Of a stretch of DNA of 64,000 bases, positions 51,720-62,479 are shown piece after piece. The DNA lies in NCBI RefSeq assembly GCF_036971445.1, contig NC_091481.1:68510001-68574000 (forward strand), written 5' to 3'. Position 1 is the first letter of the stretch. Each line of letters opens with the position of its first letter. The position numbers and the translations under genes were made by a program. The notes beneath the pieces are model-generated. The model had not been told where the DNA came from, searched no databases, and was given only the letters and a program-made list of their open reading frames with translations. This DNA is from Narcine bancroftii. Taxonomy: Eukaryota.

Positions 51720-51849
51720 GTCCGCCACCAACTCACTTACAGTGAAACATTTCACTCAGCAGATATATTTAGCCTTTTCTCCCTTTCTTCAAGCTGCTCA
51801 AACGATACAATTGTAAGGAAACTTTATTATGTAAAATAATAATGTGAGA

Positions 51850-51893
51850 GGCATTGTGGGATACGAACGCATGGGATTGCGGGATTTGTAGTT
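51850..51893 (-). promoter_or_regulatory. Distal sequence element with two ZNF143/Staf (SPH) sites
   Basis: Minus strand ACTACAAATCCCGCAAT and TCCCACAATGCC at about -190 to -235 of U12. Confidence 0.72.
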
Positions 51894-52173
51894 CCGCCTC
51901 CCTAGTGCTGGCACTGTACCTGTCCTGATTAGGAATACCTGAGGACATTAACCCCTGACATCCTGACTCTGATTTAATGTTGACCAGTAAACTATCACCA
52001 TCTCCTTGAATCAGATGATAAAGTTTCCTTTCAATTTTATTGCATGAGCAGCTTGGAGAAAGCGGCAAAAGGCTAAATAGGAAGCAATTGCCGAGTGAAA
52101 CATTTCATTGCCATGAAGTAAAACATGAAGGTCTGCAGACACCGTGGTTGAAGTTAAAACACGATGCTGGATA

Positions 52174-52215
52174 CAGAACCAACGTTTCGGGCTTGAGCCC
52201 TTCATCAAGATGTGG
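52174..52215 (-). ncRNA. Minimal type-I hammerhead-ribozyme-like motif in a Penelope pseudo-LTR
   Basis: Minus strand TTGATGA-A-GGGC-TCAA-GCCC-GAAACGTT: core-like UGAUGA/GAAA, perfect 4-bp helix II, palindromic AACGTT. Confidence 0.6.
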
Positions 52216-52930
52216 GCAGGCGTGGATTTGACATCTCTGCCTTTCTCTTCCTAAAATCCACAATCAGCTCCTTGGTCTTGGTGACATCGAGTGCACATTG
52301 TTGTTAGTACAACATTCAGCCAAGTTTTCAGTCTCCTTTCTTGCACGTTAACTCATTGCCCATTTTGTACAACCCACTAAAAAGCAAAGGTTCCATTATT
52401 GTCATGTAATACTATATTTAGAATGTAACATATATGAAATTCTTTAACTTTTGTCAACCATAACACAGACATAGGGTCGCCACTTTCTCCAGCGCCCCTC
52501 ACAGAAACCTACAGCACCTGGTGTTCCAGGTCGGTCTCCCCTCTATGTACTGACCAGTACTGAGCCTGTTTAGCTTCCAACATCAAATAATCTCAGGAAT
52601 ATTCTCTACCGTGGTGTTATCAGCAAATTTGTAAATGTGCTGTTGTTTTACACAGTTAGAGGTGTAAAGTGAATAGAGCAGGGGGCTAAGAACGCAGCCG
52701 TGTGGTGCTCCAGTACTGATGGAGATTGCGGAGGAGATGTCCTTACCTATCTGCACTATTTAGTATCTGGAGGTAAAAATTAAGAATCTAATTACACAAT
52801 GGGGTACTGAGGCCCAGATCTTGGCATTTCTGATCAGTTTTGAGGGGATGATGCTCTAAATGCCGATCTCTAGTCAATAAAGATCATCCTGATGTCTGCA
52901 TCTTTGCTGTCCAGGTGTTCCAGGGTTTTT
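52210..52930 (-). mobile_element. Rex1/Babar RT fragment split by the 5S SINE
   Basis: Minus strand TGAPHGCVLSPLLYSLYT...KFADNTTV|VG. Confidence 0.7.
52381..52604 (-). mobile_element. 5S rRNA-derived SINE inserted in a Rex1/Babar RT fragment
   Basis: 52506-52604 is the reverse complement of the 3' two-thirds or more of 5S rRNA (GGAAGCTAAACAGG...GGAGACCG...GGTGCTGTAGG), followed by a tail ending ATTACATGACAATAA; a truncated sister copy sits at ~37455-37595. Confidence 0.8.
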
Positions 52931-53759
52931 TGTTGATCAAGGGCTGCTCTGAGGTCCTTCGTCACCAGATAATGGGCCAGATTTAGGGTTATTGTCATGA
53001 ATTTTGTTGTTTTACAGAATGCACTTTCTATAAAATTACAAAGACATTTGCATTTTAAAAAATAGTGCAACAAAAGAGAGAAAAAGTGAGGTTATATCCA
53101 CAGGTAGAAGCTGCTTTTGTAGCGTTGAGTATGTGTCTTTAGGCTCCGATACCTCCTCCCTGATGGTAGTAGGGAGAAGGGGTGGTGGTGGTGGGGGTTG
53201 GTCCTTGAGTATAGAGAGGATGCTGTCGTCCTTAATGAAGTGACAGGAGTTGGCGAGCCCCCTTTGTGATTCCATCAACATGGAGGCCCCAGGATAGATC
53301 TTCAGAGATGGTGACACGCTCAAGCAATGGAGGGGGGAGTAATGCCAAGGTGCCACAGTGGTGGTAATGGTGTAAATAGATAATGAATGTAACAAATTCA
53401 ATGAGGGAAATGTGGGGATTCGACATTATGGATGGGAAGAGACTTTGAATGGTTTTCATTTTTGTAAATAATTTTTTGTGAATAAAATCTATTTTTGGAA
53501 TAAAACCTATTCAGATTTATTGCAATAAAGACCCTTTGCCCCCGCAGATCAGTTAACCTGCACATTCCAAAATTTACTTCCCATGCCTTGATGAGCTCAA
53601 GCCTGAAACATTGGTTACGTATCTTTATCTTTGCTATATAAAGTTCACTGTTTGACCTGCTGAGTTTCTCCACTGCTGTGTTTTTACTTCAACCACAGGG
53701 TCTGCAGACTTTCCTGTCGTAACTTTCAGGGAAATTTGCAATGATACCTCGGCAGAGAG

Positions 53760-53845
53760 TGCGCAGGCGCGGCCGGCTCTGGTTCTCGGCCAGGAGTGCG
53801 CAGGCGCGGCGGGCACCGGTCCTCGGCCGGGATTGCGCAAGCGCA
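53760..53845 (+). promoter_or_regulatory. Three NRF1 sites in the TOMM22 promoter
   Basis: TGCGCAGGCGCG (53760), TGCGCAGGCGCG (53797), TGCGCAAGCGCA (53834). Confidence 0.75.
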
Positions 53846-53856
53846 GCGCGTGCATC

Positions 53857-53919
53857 ATGGCGGGGGAGCCGAGTGTGGAGCGGCAACTCGAGGTCGAGGA
53901 TGAAATGGAGGACGACGAG
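53857..53919 (+). CDS. TOMM22: TOMM22 exon 1
   Basis: ATCATGG Kozak context; MAGEPSVERQLEVEDEMEDDE acidic N-terminus; donor GAG|GTTAGC. Confidence 0.85.
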
Positions 53920-54144
53920 GTTAGCAGCCCGGGCAGTGTGCGGTCCCGGGGGCCGGGGCGCGGGCCTGCTCCCTGGAACCGGAGCGGACGGGTTGCTCAA
54001 GGCCGCCGCCAAGCTGGCGTGGGTCAGCTCGCTGACATCCATCGCCTAGGCCCAGGCCCGGGGATCCACAGCCGTTCCCTCCCGTCCTCAGGGGCAGCGA
54101 CCTTGCCCTCCGGCCTCTTTCCCTCCTCCCACCACCCCCGGACC

Positions 54145-55030
54145 CGGGCCTTGCCCTCCGGCCCCTGCCCTTGCCCTCCGACCTCCCCCGGCCCCTGCCC
54201 TTGCCCTCCGACCTCCCCCCCCCGATCGTCCTCCGACCTCCCCCCGGTCCTTGTCCTCCGACCTCCCCCCGGTCCTTGTCCTCCGACCTCCCCCCGGTCC
54301 TTGTCCTCCGACCTCCCCCCGGTCCTTGTCCTCCGACCTCCCCCCGGTCCTTGTCCTCCGACCTCCCCCCGGTCCTTGTCCTCCGACCTCCCCCCGGTCC
54401 TTGTCCTCCGACCTCCCCCCGGTCCTTGTCCTCCGACCTCCCCCCGGTCCTTGTCCTCCGACCTCCCCCCGGTCCTTGTCCTCCGACCTCCCCCCGGTCC
54501 TTGTCCTCCGACCTCCCCCCGGTCCTTGTCCTCCGACCTCCCCCCGGTCCTTGTCCTCCGACCTCCCCCCGGTCCTTGTCCTCCGACCTCCCCCCGGTCC
54601 TTGTCCTCCGACCTCCCCCCGGTCCTTGTCCTCCGACCTCCCCCCGGTCCTTGTCCTCCGACCTCCCCCCGGTCCTTGTCCTCCGACCTCCCCCCGGCCC
54701 CTCCGACCTCCCCCCGGCCCCTCCGACCTCCCCCCGGCCCCTCCGACCTCCCCCCCGGTCCTTGTCCTCCGACCTCCCCCCGGCCCCTCCGACCTCCCCC
54801 CGGCCCCTCCGACCTCCCCCCGGCCCCTCCGACCTCCCCCCCTGCCCTTGCCCTCCGACCTCCCCCCCGGTCCTTGTCCTCCGACCTCCCCCCGGCCCCT
54901 CCGACCTCCCCCCGGCCCCTCCGACCTCCCCCCGGCCCCTCCGACCTCCCCCCGGCCCCTCCGACCTCCCCCGGCCCCCGGCCCTTGCCCTCCCACCTCC
55001 CCCCGGCCCTTGCCCTCCCACCTCCCCCGG
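54145..55030. repeat. C-rich minisatellite (25-bp unit CCGACCTCCCCCCGGTCCTTGTCCT, with a 20-bp variant)
   Basis: Homogeneous tandem array in TOMM22 intron 1. Confidence 0.97.
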
Positions 55031-55566
55031 CCCTTGTCCACCGACTTCCCCCCCCACTTCCGGCACTCGGCACCCGGCCCAGTCCGGTCCTTGCCTCTTC
55101 TGGCCCCAGACCCTCCGGCTTCCTCCACAGCCCCAGGCCTTGCTCTCCTCTCCCTCCCCTGGACCCCGGTCCTCGTCCTCCGCTGACATTTGGCGTTGGT
55201 GACTCCAAATCCGGAATTCCCCCTGGTCTGCCCTTAAATCCTGTCCCCGTGTGGTTTGCTGTCAGAATGAGTCTGGGATAATAACTCCTTGGTGTAGTTT
55301 GTTCTGTAAGTGTCTGTTACAGGGAAGGTGTTGATTGTAGATTGGTGTGTGAGATGGCGATGACTGTGCCCATTTATTTTTATTGCCACATCGAAATGTA
55401 ATATGCATTGGAATACTTTAATTTCAGACTTGCCATAAGGCAAAGAAAGAGCTGCTGTAAGCATTGCCTGGCATCCCTAACATATGGAGAAAGAGAGTTC
55501 TTTGGATTCACCTCCAGTGCTTCTGCAGCTGCACAGACTTCAGTCCAAACCTCTGGCAGTGTGAGC

Positions 55567-56040
55567 TCCAGATCCAAACCTCCAATAAGATCAGGAAGAC
55601 TTCAGTGTCCTAGTCCTTTCAGGAACCCTCTTGCCCTCAGCTCCAAACCTCCAATACGATCAGGAAGACTTCAGTGTCCTAGTCCTTTCAGGAACCCTCT
55701 TGCCCTCAGCTCCAAACCTCCAATACGATCAGGAAGACTTCAGTGTCCTAGTCCTTTCAGGAACCCTCTTGCCCTCAGCTCCAAATCTCCAATACGATCA
55801 GGAAGACTTCAGTGTCCTAGTCCTTTCAGGAACCCTCTTGCCCTCAGCTCCAAACCTCCAATACGATCAGGAAGACTTCAGTGTCCTAGTCCTTTCAGGA
55901 ACCCTCTTGCCCTCAGCTCCAAACCTCCAATACGATCAGGAAGACTTCAGTGTCCTAGTCCTTTCAGGAACCCTCTTGCCCTCAGCTCCAAACCTCAAAT
56001 ACGATCAGGAAGGCTTCAGTGTCCTAGACCTTTCAGGAGT
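55567..56040. repeat. 69-bp tandem repeat, about 7 copies
   Basis: AGCTCCAAACCTCCAATACGATCAGGAAGACTTCAGTGTCCTAGTCCTTTCAGGAACCCTCTTGCCCTC. Confidence 0.97.
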
Positions 56041-56094
56041 TCTCTTGCTTTCAGCACCCTCTGGATTTAATATTCAATGACAATTGGCTTAGGG

Positions 56095-56234
56095 CAGTGG
56101 TTCTCAACCTTTTTTCTTTCCACTCACTTTCCACCTTAAGCAATCCCTTTCTAACCGCAATCTCTTTCTAACCACAGAGCATCTATGCCATAGGATGGTA
56201 TGCAAGTGGGGAGAAGAAAGGTTGCGAACCACTG
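56095..56234. mobile_element. hAT (Charlie-like) MITE
   Basis: TIRs CAGTGGTTCTCAACC / GGTTGCGAACCACTG; 8-bp TSD GCTTAGGG / GGTTAGGG. Confidence 0.8.
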
Positions 56235-56413
56235 GGTTAGGGTTCTGGGGGGGAGGGGGGTTTATTGGTTGCGTTCGGCACTGCAGTTTCAGCCACCTCT
56301 CTGCACAAACTTCCTCATTTTTCAACTGAGCGCTGAGATTGTCAGTGTTGCAATCACTGCACTGCATTGAGCAGCTGATAAAAGATTGATCCTGCTTTAT
56401 CTTGTGCTTGCAG

Positions 56414-56532
56414 CTCGATGAATCCCTCGCAGAAAGACTGTGGGGTTTGACAGAGATGTTCCCTGAGGGAATGCGAAACGCCTCGGGTGTTGTTGCAAAC
56501 TGCTCTCTGACGTTGGCCAAAAAACTCTACAG
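56414..56532 (+). CDS. TOMM22: TOMM22 exon 2
   Basis: LDESLAERLWGLTEMFPE...AKKLY; 119 nt. Confidence 0.96.
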
Positions 56533-56599
56533 GTGTGAAGCAGGCACTGCAACCTGGCAGGGGGAAGGGAGATGGGATCTGCTGGGGGGAACAGGGAGC

Positions 56600-57305
56600 G
56601 GAGATCCAATCTCCCAGGTGTGGGGGGGAGGGGTGACCCAATCTCCCAGGCGTGAGGGGAGGGGTGACCCAATCTCCCAGGCGTGAGGGGAGGGGTGACC
56701 CAATCTCCCAGGCGTGAGGGGAGGGGTGACCCAATCTCCCAGGCGTGAGGGGAGGGGTGACCCAATCTCCCAGGCGTGAGGGGAGGGGTGACCCAATCTC
56801 CCAGGCGTGAGGGGAGGGGTGACCCAATCTCCCAGGCGTGAGGGGAGGGGTGACCCAATCTCCCAGGCGTGAGGGGAGGGGTGACCCAATCTCCCAGGCG
56901 TGAGGGGAGGGGTGAACCAATCTCCCAGGCGTGAGGGGAGGGGTGACCCAATCTCCCAGGCGTGAGGGGAGGGGTGACCCAATCTCCCAGGCGTGAGGGG
57001 AGGGGTGACCCAATCTCCCAGGCGTGAGGGGAGGGGTGACCCAATCTCCCAGGCGTGAGGGGAGGGGTGACCCAATCTCCCAGGCGTGAGGGGAGGGGTG
57101 ACCCAACTCCCAGGCGTGAGGGGAGGGGTGACCCAATCTCCCAGGCGTGAGGGGAGGGATGACCCAATCTCCCAGGCGTGAGGGGAGGGGTGACCCAATC
57201 TCCCAGGCGTGAGGGGAGGGGTGACCCAATCTCCCAGGCGTGAGGGGAGGGGTGACCCAATCTCCCAGGCGTGAGGGGAGGGGAGGAGTGACACAATCTC
57301 CCAGG
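56600..57305. repeat. 31-bp G-rich minisatellite, about 22 copies, filling TOMM22 intron 2
   Basis: CCAATCTCCCAGGCGTGAGGGGAGGGGTGAC repeated almost perfectly. Confidence 0.97.
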
Positions 57306-57360
57306 GGAGGAGCAATGGTACCTGCCACACCATGATACCACGTATCAGCTTGTTTTTCAG

Positions 57361-57478
57361 CTTCACTCGGTCAGCCTTGTGGGTGGGGACCACGTCCTTC
57401 ATGATCCTGGTTCTACCGGTGGTGTTTGAAACCGAAAAACTGCAACTGGAGCAACAACAGATCCAGCAACAGAGACAG
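57361..57478 (+). CDS. TOMM22: TOMM22 exon 3 (transmembrane segment)
   Basis: FTRSALWVGTTSFMILVLPVVFETEKLQLEQQQIQQQRQ. Confidence 0.97.
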
Positions 57479-58996
57479 GTCAGGATTTGGTTTTGGGCTG
57501 GGCCCTGGGTGAGGGGCAGGAAGGAGGGTGGTTGGTGTGTCTAGATGTCATGGAGCGAAGGGGCAGTGGCTGGGACACAGCTGGATGGACTAGACAGGGC
57601 CAGGTAAGAATAATGTTCAACATTGTGTCCCAGGCTACAAAGAGTTAAATTAATTTTTAAAAATTAGATTTAGATATACAGCACAATAACAGTCCCTTTG
57701 AACCCACAAGCCCCTGCCACCCAATTACACCCAACTAACCAACAACTTTGGTGGAAGGGTGGAGAAAGAAACTAGAGCAGCCGGAGGAAACCACCCCCCC
57801 CCCCCCCCCCCAACAGACACGGGGAGAACATTATAGACAGGTCGGGATTCGAACCAGGATCACTATCGCTGTAACACTGTTGCGCTAACCATGCTGGTCG
57901 TGTCCCAAGCTAAAGGGAATAGTTGTGGATGAACCCAGAGCAGGTATCTGCCCCAAGTCCTGGCCTGCCTGTCTCCTGTAACCATTGATGCTGCATGTCA
58001 TTAGATTGAATTAGCATCTGGGAAAAAGAAAACCAGGACTGGATCAACTGGTTACAATTCTGGAAACCCGACCTTCAAACAGGATAGCACTTCTGAGCAT
58101 TCACGAAGTAGACATTAAAGCCACCTTGGGTCTTCCCCCCCCCCCCCCCCCCCCCCCCCCGCCCCCTGACTCCCCAAAGCTGGCCATTGACACTAAACTT
58201 TCAGAGAGCAAACATTTCCTATTTCCTAAATGAGAAATTTGGATACAATTCCTCTCCACACACCCTCCCTGTATCAGTTTCGTGCCTCGAGTACCTGTTT
58301 CTATGAAGAGTAAAACCTGGGAACAAGACCAGGGCAAAGACAGTGATGCTGAAAACCTTAGAGACCACGGTGCCAGCAACAGTTCTTTAACCCTTTGGCC
58401 ATTTTTAATCTTTCATAATATATACAGGTAGTCCCTGACTTACAACCTATGTGACATGGCTGAAGTTTTAAAAAAAAGTTAAATTATAGTTTTAAAAATG
58501 AACTAGATAGATTCATGGATAGGAAAGATCTGGAGGATTATGGAATGGGTGTAGGTCAGTGGGACTAGGGATATATTGTTTTCGGCACACTAGAAGGACT
58601 GAATGGCCTGGGTGTTCTATGGTTGTACGTAAATATAAACATTGTGTTTTGGGATCTATTCTTAACATTGGGAGCAGTGCCGTCCACCTCGAAGAAGTAA
58701 TTTCACCTGCTCAAGGGAGCTCAGTGGAGAAACCATGGCTACATGTCAACTTGGGGGTGGGGAAGCACTGGTTCCAGGGCAGGAGCTCGGGGACCTCAGG
58801 CTCCCAGGTAGGAGTGGGAATCTCAGGCTCTGTAATTGTAAAATTCCCGCCAGTGGCAGTGGGGAGGTAAGGGGCTGGTGATTTTCATGATTATCAGCCC
58901 AAAATCCCTAAAATACACCCAAAAATGTTCATGAAGAAAATTCTTCATTGTCAATGTTTCCTGTTCTCTCCTAATTAGATTTTTTTTTGTTTCCAG

Positions 58997-59074
58997 ATTC
59001 TATTGGGTCCAAACACGGGGATGTCTGGTGGAATTCCAGGAATGCTGCCACCGCCAGTTCCAGGGAAAATATAA
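58997..59074 (+). CDS. TOMM22: TOMM22 exon 4 (last coding exon)
   Basis: ILLGPNTGMSGGIPGMLPPPVPGKI*; AATAAA at 59900-59905. Confidence 0.96.
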   Translation: MLLGPNTGMSGGIPGMLPPPVPGKI

Positions 59075-60269
59075 TGGACCTGACTCCCTGAGTGGGAAGT
59101 GCTGGTGCAGGAGGGATTAAAGGATTGAGGGGGAGGGTGGGAGGGAATTGGACAATGTGCAGACACGGAGTCTGCAGGCCATTGCTGGGGAGATTGAGTT
59201 GGTCTTCAGCATTCTGCTCCAGGCCAACCAGTCGCGCCTGATGCATTGAGCACTCTGCTGCAAGTACTGTCACCTGGGTAGGGTTTAGAATATCTGATCT
59301 GACATCTACTGGATAGTTCACGGGAAGAGGAGGAATCAGTTTGGTGAGTTCTTGAGCCATTACCCGCGATCTGCAATCCGATTGCTTGCAACAGCTTTTA
59401 TCACCGGGTATATGTTCTTCAACAGTTAAGGGGCACCAGATGTTATGTAAGAAGTTGTCATGTTCACCATCTTCTGCTCTCGGTGAGGGGCAACTCTTAA
59501 CTCCCCCATAAACACAGAACAGCTTATCCTGCTTCTTGGCATGGCAAGTACTGCAAGGCTGTTGAAGATGGGCTGGTTGCAGCAAAGATGGGCGCCGTTA
59601 GTGCCCGCAGTCAAACATGCCACAAGATTGTGACTCTTACACGGTGAGAGCGCAAGCCCTTACCAAGAGAGGACAATCTGACTGCTTCCTGCAACCTGAT
59701 GCCTCCCTGTGGTATGCTTCTGGGCAACCAATGTGACAGGCCAGGTAGGACAGGGGGAACGAAGGAGACTGGGCAGGTTCTATTCATTGCTTATATCTGA
59801 CTAGGCAATCTGCCACTACGTGGCACAGAAGTCAGTCTGAACACATTTACCTGCAGAGATGGTGACATGTTGATGTGGAACTTATGATTTATATTGTTTA
59901 ATAAACTTCTGGTGCGGGGATTTTGAAAGATTTTCTAACTTAAAAGTGGAAAATGTGTGTGTGCAGGAAGTAAAAACAAAAGAATGCTGGAGGAAGTCTT
60001 TCAGCCCAAAAGATCACGAACATAACTTTTCCTCCTACGGTCACTGCGAGACCTGCTGAGTTCTAGCATTCTGTGTTTTTAACTATAATCACAGCATCTG
60101 CAGACTTTGTGTTTCACTGTGTACAGGAAGTGACTGGTCAGGTCATTCAGCCAGTCGTGCTGAGCAAACTGCAAACAGCAAAAGGGATGGGTTCAGGACT
60201 GAACCTTTCCCATTCACTCACTGATCCGCCATGGAAAATGCAAAGGTCACACTGGAACTTTCTGGACTT

Positions 60270-60660
60270 CAGGGACTGAGTTGCAGAGAAAGGTTAGGAC
60301 TTTATTCTCTAGAGTGTGAAAGAACGAGGGGAGATTTGTTAGAAGTATTTAAAATTCTGAGGGGAGAAGGACATAGTAAATATAGGTAGGCTTTTTCCAC
60401 TGAGAGGGGGTGAGATACAAACCAGAGGACATGGGTTAAGGGTGAAAGGGAAATGTTTAGAGGGAACTTCTTCAGAGTGTGGAACGAGCTGCCAGCTGAA
60501 GTGGTGAATGCAGGCTCATTTCCAATATTTAAGAAAAATTTGGACAGGTAGATGGATGGGAGGAGTACGGAGGGCTGTGGACTGGGTGTTGTCTTGGCAG
60601 AATAATAGTTGGGCGCAGATTAAATGGGCTGAAGGGCCTGTTTCTGTGCTGGTTGTTTCT
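60270..60660 (+). mobile_element. CR1/L2-type LINE 3' fragment
   Basis: Decayed RGDLLEVFKIL...TRGHGLRV motifs; typical GGGCTGAAGGGCCTGTTTCTGTG tail. Confidence 0.75.
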
Positions 60661-62479
60661 ATTCCTCTACATGTTATTAGACAGGCACCACATCTGAAAT
60701 GTGATGCAGGAGAGGTATCAAGGATGCACATCCTATCTCTGAAGTCTAATTAGACTTGGAAGACCTCCAACAACCCTGTGCTCCCACTCTGGTTAGCTCA
60801 ACACTGTTAGAGCACCAGTGATTCAGGATCCAAACCAGTGCTGTCTGTAAGGATTTTGCACATTCTCCTCAAGTCTGCATGGGTTACCTCCGGGTGCTCC
60901 AGTTTCCTCTCACCCTTCAAAACATACGGGGTGTAGGTTAATTGGGTGTAGTTGGGCAGCCTGGGTATGTGGTCCGGAAAGGCCTGTTAGCATGCTGGAT
61001 GTCTAAATTTAAAATCTGTTCCCCTTCAAAGGAAGATAGTTTCACATATTGCACGTGTACGTGGAACCTGGATGTGCCCAGGTGCTGAAATCACAAGTGA
61101 CCATGAAGCAGCCTTCGAAACCTTGCAGAGGAATGCTCAGTGCAGCACTCTCCACTCCAGCACAAGGAGTCAACGAGATCACTGAATGTGAGAAATGCTG
61201 CAGAGCCTACAAAGAAGGTGACCTACCACACCCAGACTTTGGTTCTGGTCTAGTAGAATCTCCAGACTGTTGGATGTTGTACAATTTTTGAATCTTCATT
61301 CAGTTTGAACTAGGTTTAAAGAGAGGACAGGAAGCAAGACCAGTTGAAAGAATGCAGAGCCCTGGTGAGTGAATAGCAGCGCAGGAAAATGCCCGAACGA
61401 GCTGGAGCCCACCCCTTTCCAACTTCCCGGAGGACCCAGTAATGGATGGGAGCCCAGAACCGAGGCCCTGGCAAGTTCATTCCTTTGGCAACACAGCCGG
61501 AGAGTGTGATAGTGCGGTTGGGAGGTGCAAGTTCTTTTTTAAATCAAAAATATACTTATTCACAATAAATTATTTACAAACAAGAAAACCACTGAGTTTT
61601 TTTAAACCATATAATGTCAGTCATATCTAAACATTCTCATCAATATACATTGTTACATTTTTTCTCGTAATGCATGTTGCCACCACTGTGGCACCTTGTT
61701 TCTCCCCCCTTTGTTAGATGAGGGGCTTTCCCTCAGTCTCAGCCCCTCAATGCCTGGTATTGGGAGGACTCTAGAGTTAAAGTGATCGATAAACGTCTCC
61801 ATTTTCTTTTGAGAGTTCCAAGATGTTTGAATCTGATTGAGAACATCAGGTGCTAGTTTATTTTCCAAACCTGATGAGTTGCAAATGCATCTACAAAACA
61901 TAAATGTGCTGGAGAAACTCCATAGGAAGTAAAGGGAAATGTTTCTGGACTGGGCCCTTTATCAGGTACAAGCAACTCCAAATAAAGAGGTGGGGGAGGA
62001 GGAAGGAGAAACAAAGGGAAAAGGGTAAAATATAACTTGGAGAGGGATTAAAGAAGAGAATTAAACTAGTAGAAGCTCAGCAAGTTCCGCAGTGTCCCTA
62101 AGAGGCAAAAATTTATAACCAATGTTTAAAGCCTGAGTCCTTCAAATTATGAGCAAAAAGTGGGCAGGCGCCTGAATAAAAAAGGCAAGGGAGGAGGAAA
62201 AAGCACAGGTCCGCAGCCAAGTTGGTGGGAGGCAGGAGAAGAAAGCTGAGAATTGATCAGAGATGGAGAGGAGGAGAGAAAATTCCGTGCTGCGTGTCGA
62301 CATTTCAGTTTATCGTGAATAAAGGCTATTTTTGGAAAATGGACTCTGCGAACCAGCATTTTTGTGTTTTGACAAAGTTTCACATAATGAAACTAGTGCT
62401 GGGGCGAAGGAGAGATTTAAAGCGGCTCCGAGAACAGAAACTAGAAACAGGTTTTGGTGGTGAAAGGAGCGATGCGGTG

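Noticed and set aside
51731-51745. Minus-strand splice donor GTAAGTGAGT suggesting a hidden protein gene driven by the ZNF143 sites
   Set aside because: It lies between the PSE and DSE of U12, which explain the promoter elements
52506-52604. Functional 5S rRNA gene
   Set aside because: 5'-truncated, many substitutions, fused to a retroposon tail and not in a tandem array
53833-55281. Long Pro/Gly-rich ORFs (300-480 aa) on both strands
   Set aside because: Products of a stop-free minisatellite in TOMM22 intron 1; only the first 21 codons from 53857 are real
55567-57305. CRISPR-like regular repeats
   Set aside because: Head-to-tail units with no unique spacers, eukaryotic intron context and no cas genes
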